A DNA stretch of 9,258 bases from Octopus sinensis (Eukaryota), in contig NW_021827997.1 of NCBI RefSeq assembly GCF_006345805.1, positions 1-9,258 of the forward strand. Direction: 5' to 3'. The translations under genes and the position numbers were made by a program. Below are positions 7,808 to 9,258 of this stretch, in pieces. The notes under the pieces are model-generated. The model saw only the letters and a program-made list of their open reading frames with translations. It had not been told where the DNA came from and searched no databases. Numbering within the stretch: position 1 is the first letter of the stretch; every line of letters starts with the position of its first letter.

Positions 7808-8234
7808 AATAGGGTTACATTAAACCAGGTAGTTTTATACATCTACATAAACTTATAGTTGTTTGATGAAACAGGCCCTCCGCAGGAGCTAGGTCGCGTG
7901 AGCGAAGCGAGCTGCCGAGCTAGTTTTCTATAAACTTGTTCTATAGAGGCTGCGGCTAATAATTTACTGTCAAATTTAGTAAATATATCACTCCAGTCAC
8001 TTTATTCCAATTTGTTATGTAGTACTTCGTGAAATTTATCGAAAAATTAAATTTTTAATTTTAAGGAGCAATCTTACGTAGTAGTGTCCTCAATAATTCA
8101 AATTATTGTATTAATTAAAAATTTCTAAATAATATTTTATTTGTTAAATTTTCTCTATATAATTACTTTAGATTTTAAATAGTAAAATGTAAATTATTTG
8201 AAAACTATAATTTTAAAGCATTAACAAATCCTTC

Positions 8235-8310
8235 CAGTTATTGAATTACTTAATTTGTTACATGAGCCTACCAAACCTTCCTTCTTTGGTCCCTACCGAA
8301 CAATTAATTA
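8235..8310 (+). promoter_or_regulatory. Possible LINE 5' UTR with an initiator-like CAGTT start
   Basis: Composition changes from very AT-rich to pyrimidine-rich at CAGTT (8235), 76 nt before the ORF1 ATG. I/Jockey elements commonly begin with CA(G/T)T. Confidence 0.3.
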
Positions 8311-9258
8311 ATGACACGTTTCGTTTCTCGTGGTGCAAAAAATAAAACTATCAAAAACTCAAAATCTTCTGTGTCTCAAGAGCTTGAACGCAAAGATGAA
8401 ATCCGTATCAAAGATGAGGAGGGGTCACACTCCTCTCAAGTCTCTTTGAACAATCCAAACTGTACTGAGTCTCTTGTCCTCTCGCTGCAGATAAAAAATT
8501 ATATCGATTGGACGAATAAAGTCCTTTAATATTCTAACCAAATCCGAGACTGCACAGAAGGCCCGAATTACTGCCAGGAAGTCTGGGGACTTTATTCTCG
8601 AATTCTCAAATTCTAGTGATAGGGACTCGTTTGTGAATGACTTCGAGTATACAAAACCATTTGGCCAGGACGGCCATTATATTTCTGCGTGCAGTCTGCA
8701 ACCATCGACCGTAGTCTTGAAGGGAATACCATCTTGGGTCTCCGAGGAAGACCTGGATCTTTACCTCAAAGAATTCTCAACCCCGGTTTTACTTTCCAAC
8801 GGTTCTACAAATGGACGGAGTATACCTGTTGGAAAGTTGAGTCTGAATTCGAGGGCAGAAGCCACTTCGCTTGTAAGGATGGGAATCGAAGTGGGTTTTC
8901 AAAAATACGATGCGAATGGTTTAAAAACCCAGCAACAAGATGCTTTCGCTGCCAACAATTTGGTCACATTGCTAACTTCTGCAAAGAAGTGGAAAGATGT
9001 CTTTTCTGTGGTGGTGATCATAATATGAAAATGTGCCCGATTAAAGGAAAAACTGAGAAAAAATGTATAAACTGCGGTCTGAGTGGGCATTTGGCTTGCT
9101 ACGGTGGCTGCTCTTCAGCTAAGGCAGCCACTGCACAACTAAAAAAGCAGCTCAGTGCCAGGGACAGACTGGCCAAAGCAGAACACTCAAAAACTGTATG
9201 GTCAAAAGCGGAGGCCGTTGAATCTGTATGGCGAAAACCCACAATTTCCCGCTGTTTT
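8311..9258 (+). mobile_element. Non-LTR retrotransposon (I/Jockey/R1-like) ORF1 gag-like protein, frameshifted, running off the window end
   Basis: Three consecutive frames join: the 8311 ORF; frame 8495-8905 (RITARKSGDFILEF...VVLKGIPSWVSEEDL...GIEVGFQK); and, after a shift in the A run at ~8901-8905, IRCEWFKNPATR-CFRCQQFGHIANFC-KEVER-CLFCGGDHNMKMC-PIKGKTEKK-CINCGLSGHLACYGGC. These are CX2CX4HX4C, CX2CX3HX4C and CX2CX4HX6C knuckles typical of LINE ORF1. Confidence 0.88.

Larger units (their letters stand above)
5820..7923 (+). mobile_element. Non-autonomous Helitron (2104 bp) with both termini
   Basis: The 5' end A|TCTTAATAATAAAATGG is followed by a (GTCT)n microsatellite. The 3' end has GC-rich hairpin sequence followed by CTAG|T (7920-7923). 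The element sits between A and T with no TSD and contains the Helitron helicase C-terminus just upstream of the 3' end. Confidence 0.88.

Noticed and set aside
2244-9090. Short ORFs 2244-2426, 3603-3788, 3987-4175, 5040-5231, 6448-6642, 7594-7788 and 8899-9090
   Set aside because: They are antisense or out-of-frame overlaps of better supported coding sequence, or have no recognisable motif.

Overview
AT-rich eukaryotic DNA, almost certainly from an animal, with extremely short spliceosomal introns (mostly 23-32 nt) and a high load of transposons. Two convergent host genes emerge only after splicing. One is a compact four-exon Mediator subunit MED26 (+, 1234-2458, about 327 aa). The other is a very divergent CLPTM1/CLPTM1L-family membrane protein (-, 2841 to at least 4400, probably extending to about 5737) split by 10-11 tiny GT-AG introns. 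Mobile DNA includes: the 5' end of a pogo/Tigger element whose transposase has a 25-nt intron (1-580); a probable Ginger-like integrase fragment (679-1020); a 1038-bp deleted pogo/Tigger element (4565-5602) inserted into what was a 26-nt intron of the CLPTM1L-like gene and itself carrying a short LINE 3' fragment with target-site duplication; a non-autonomous Helitron with both termini (5820-7923) carrying a microsatellite, a 94-bp tandem array, a 118-bp duplication and a frameshifted Pif1-like helicase C-terminus; and a frameshifted LINE ORF1 with three zinc knuckles (8311 to the window end). All family assignments come from manual translation and remembered motifs, not database searches.
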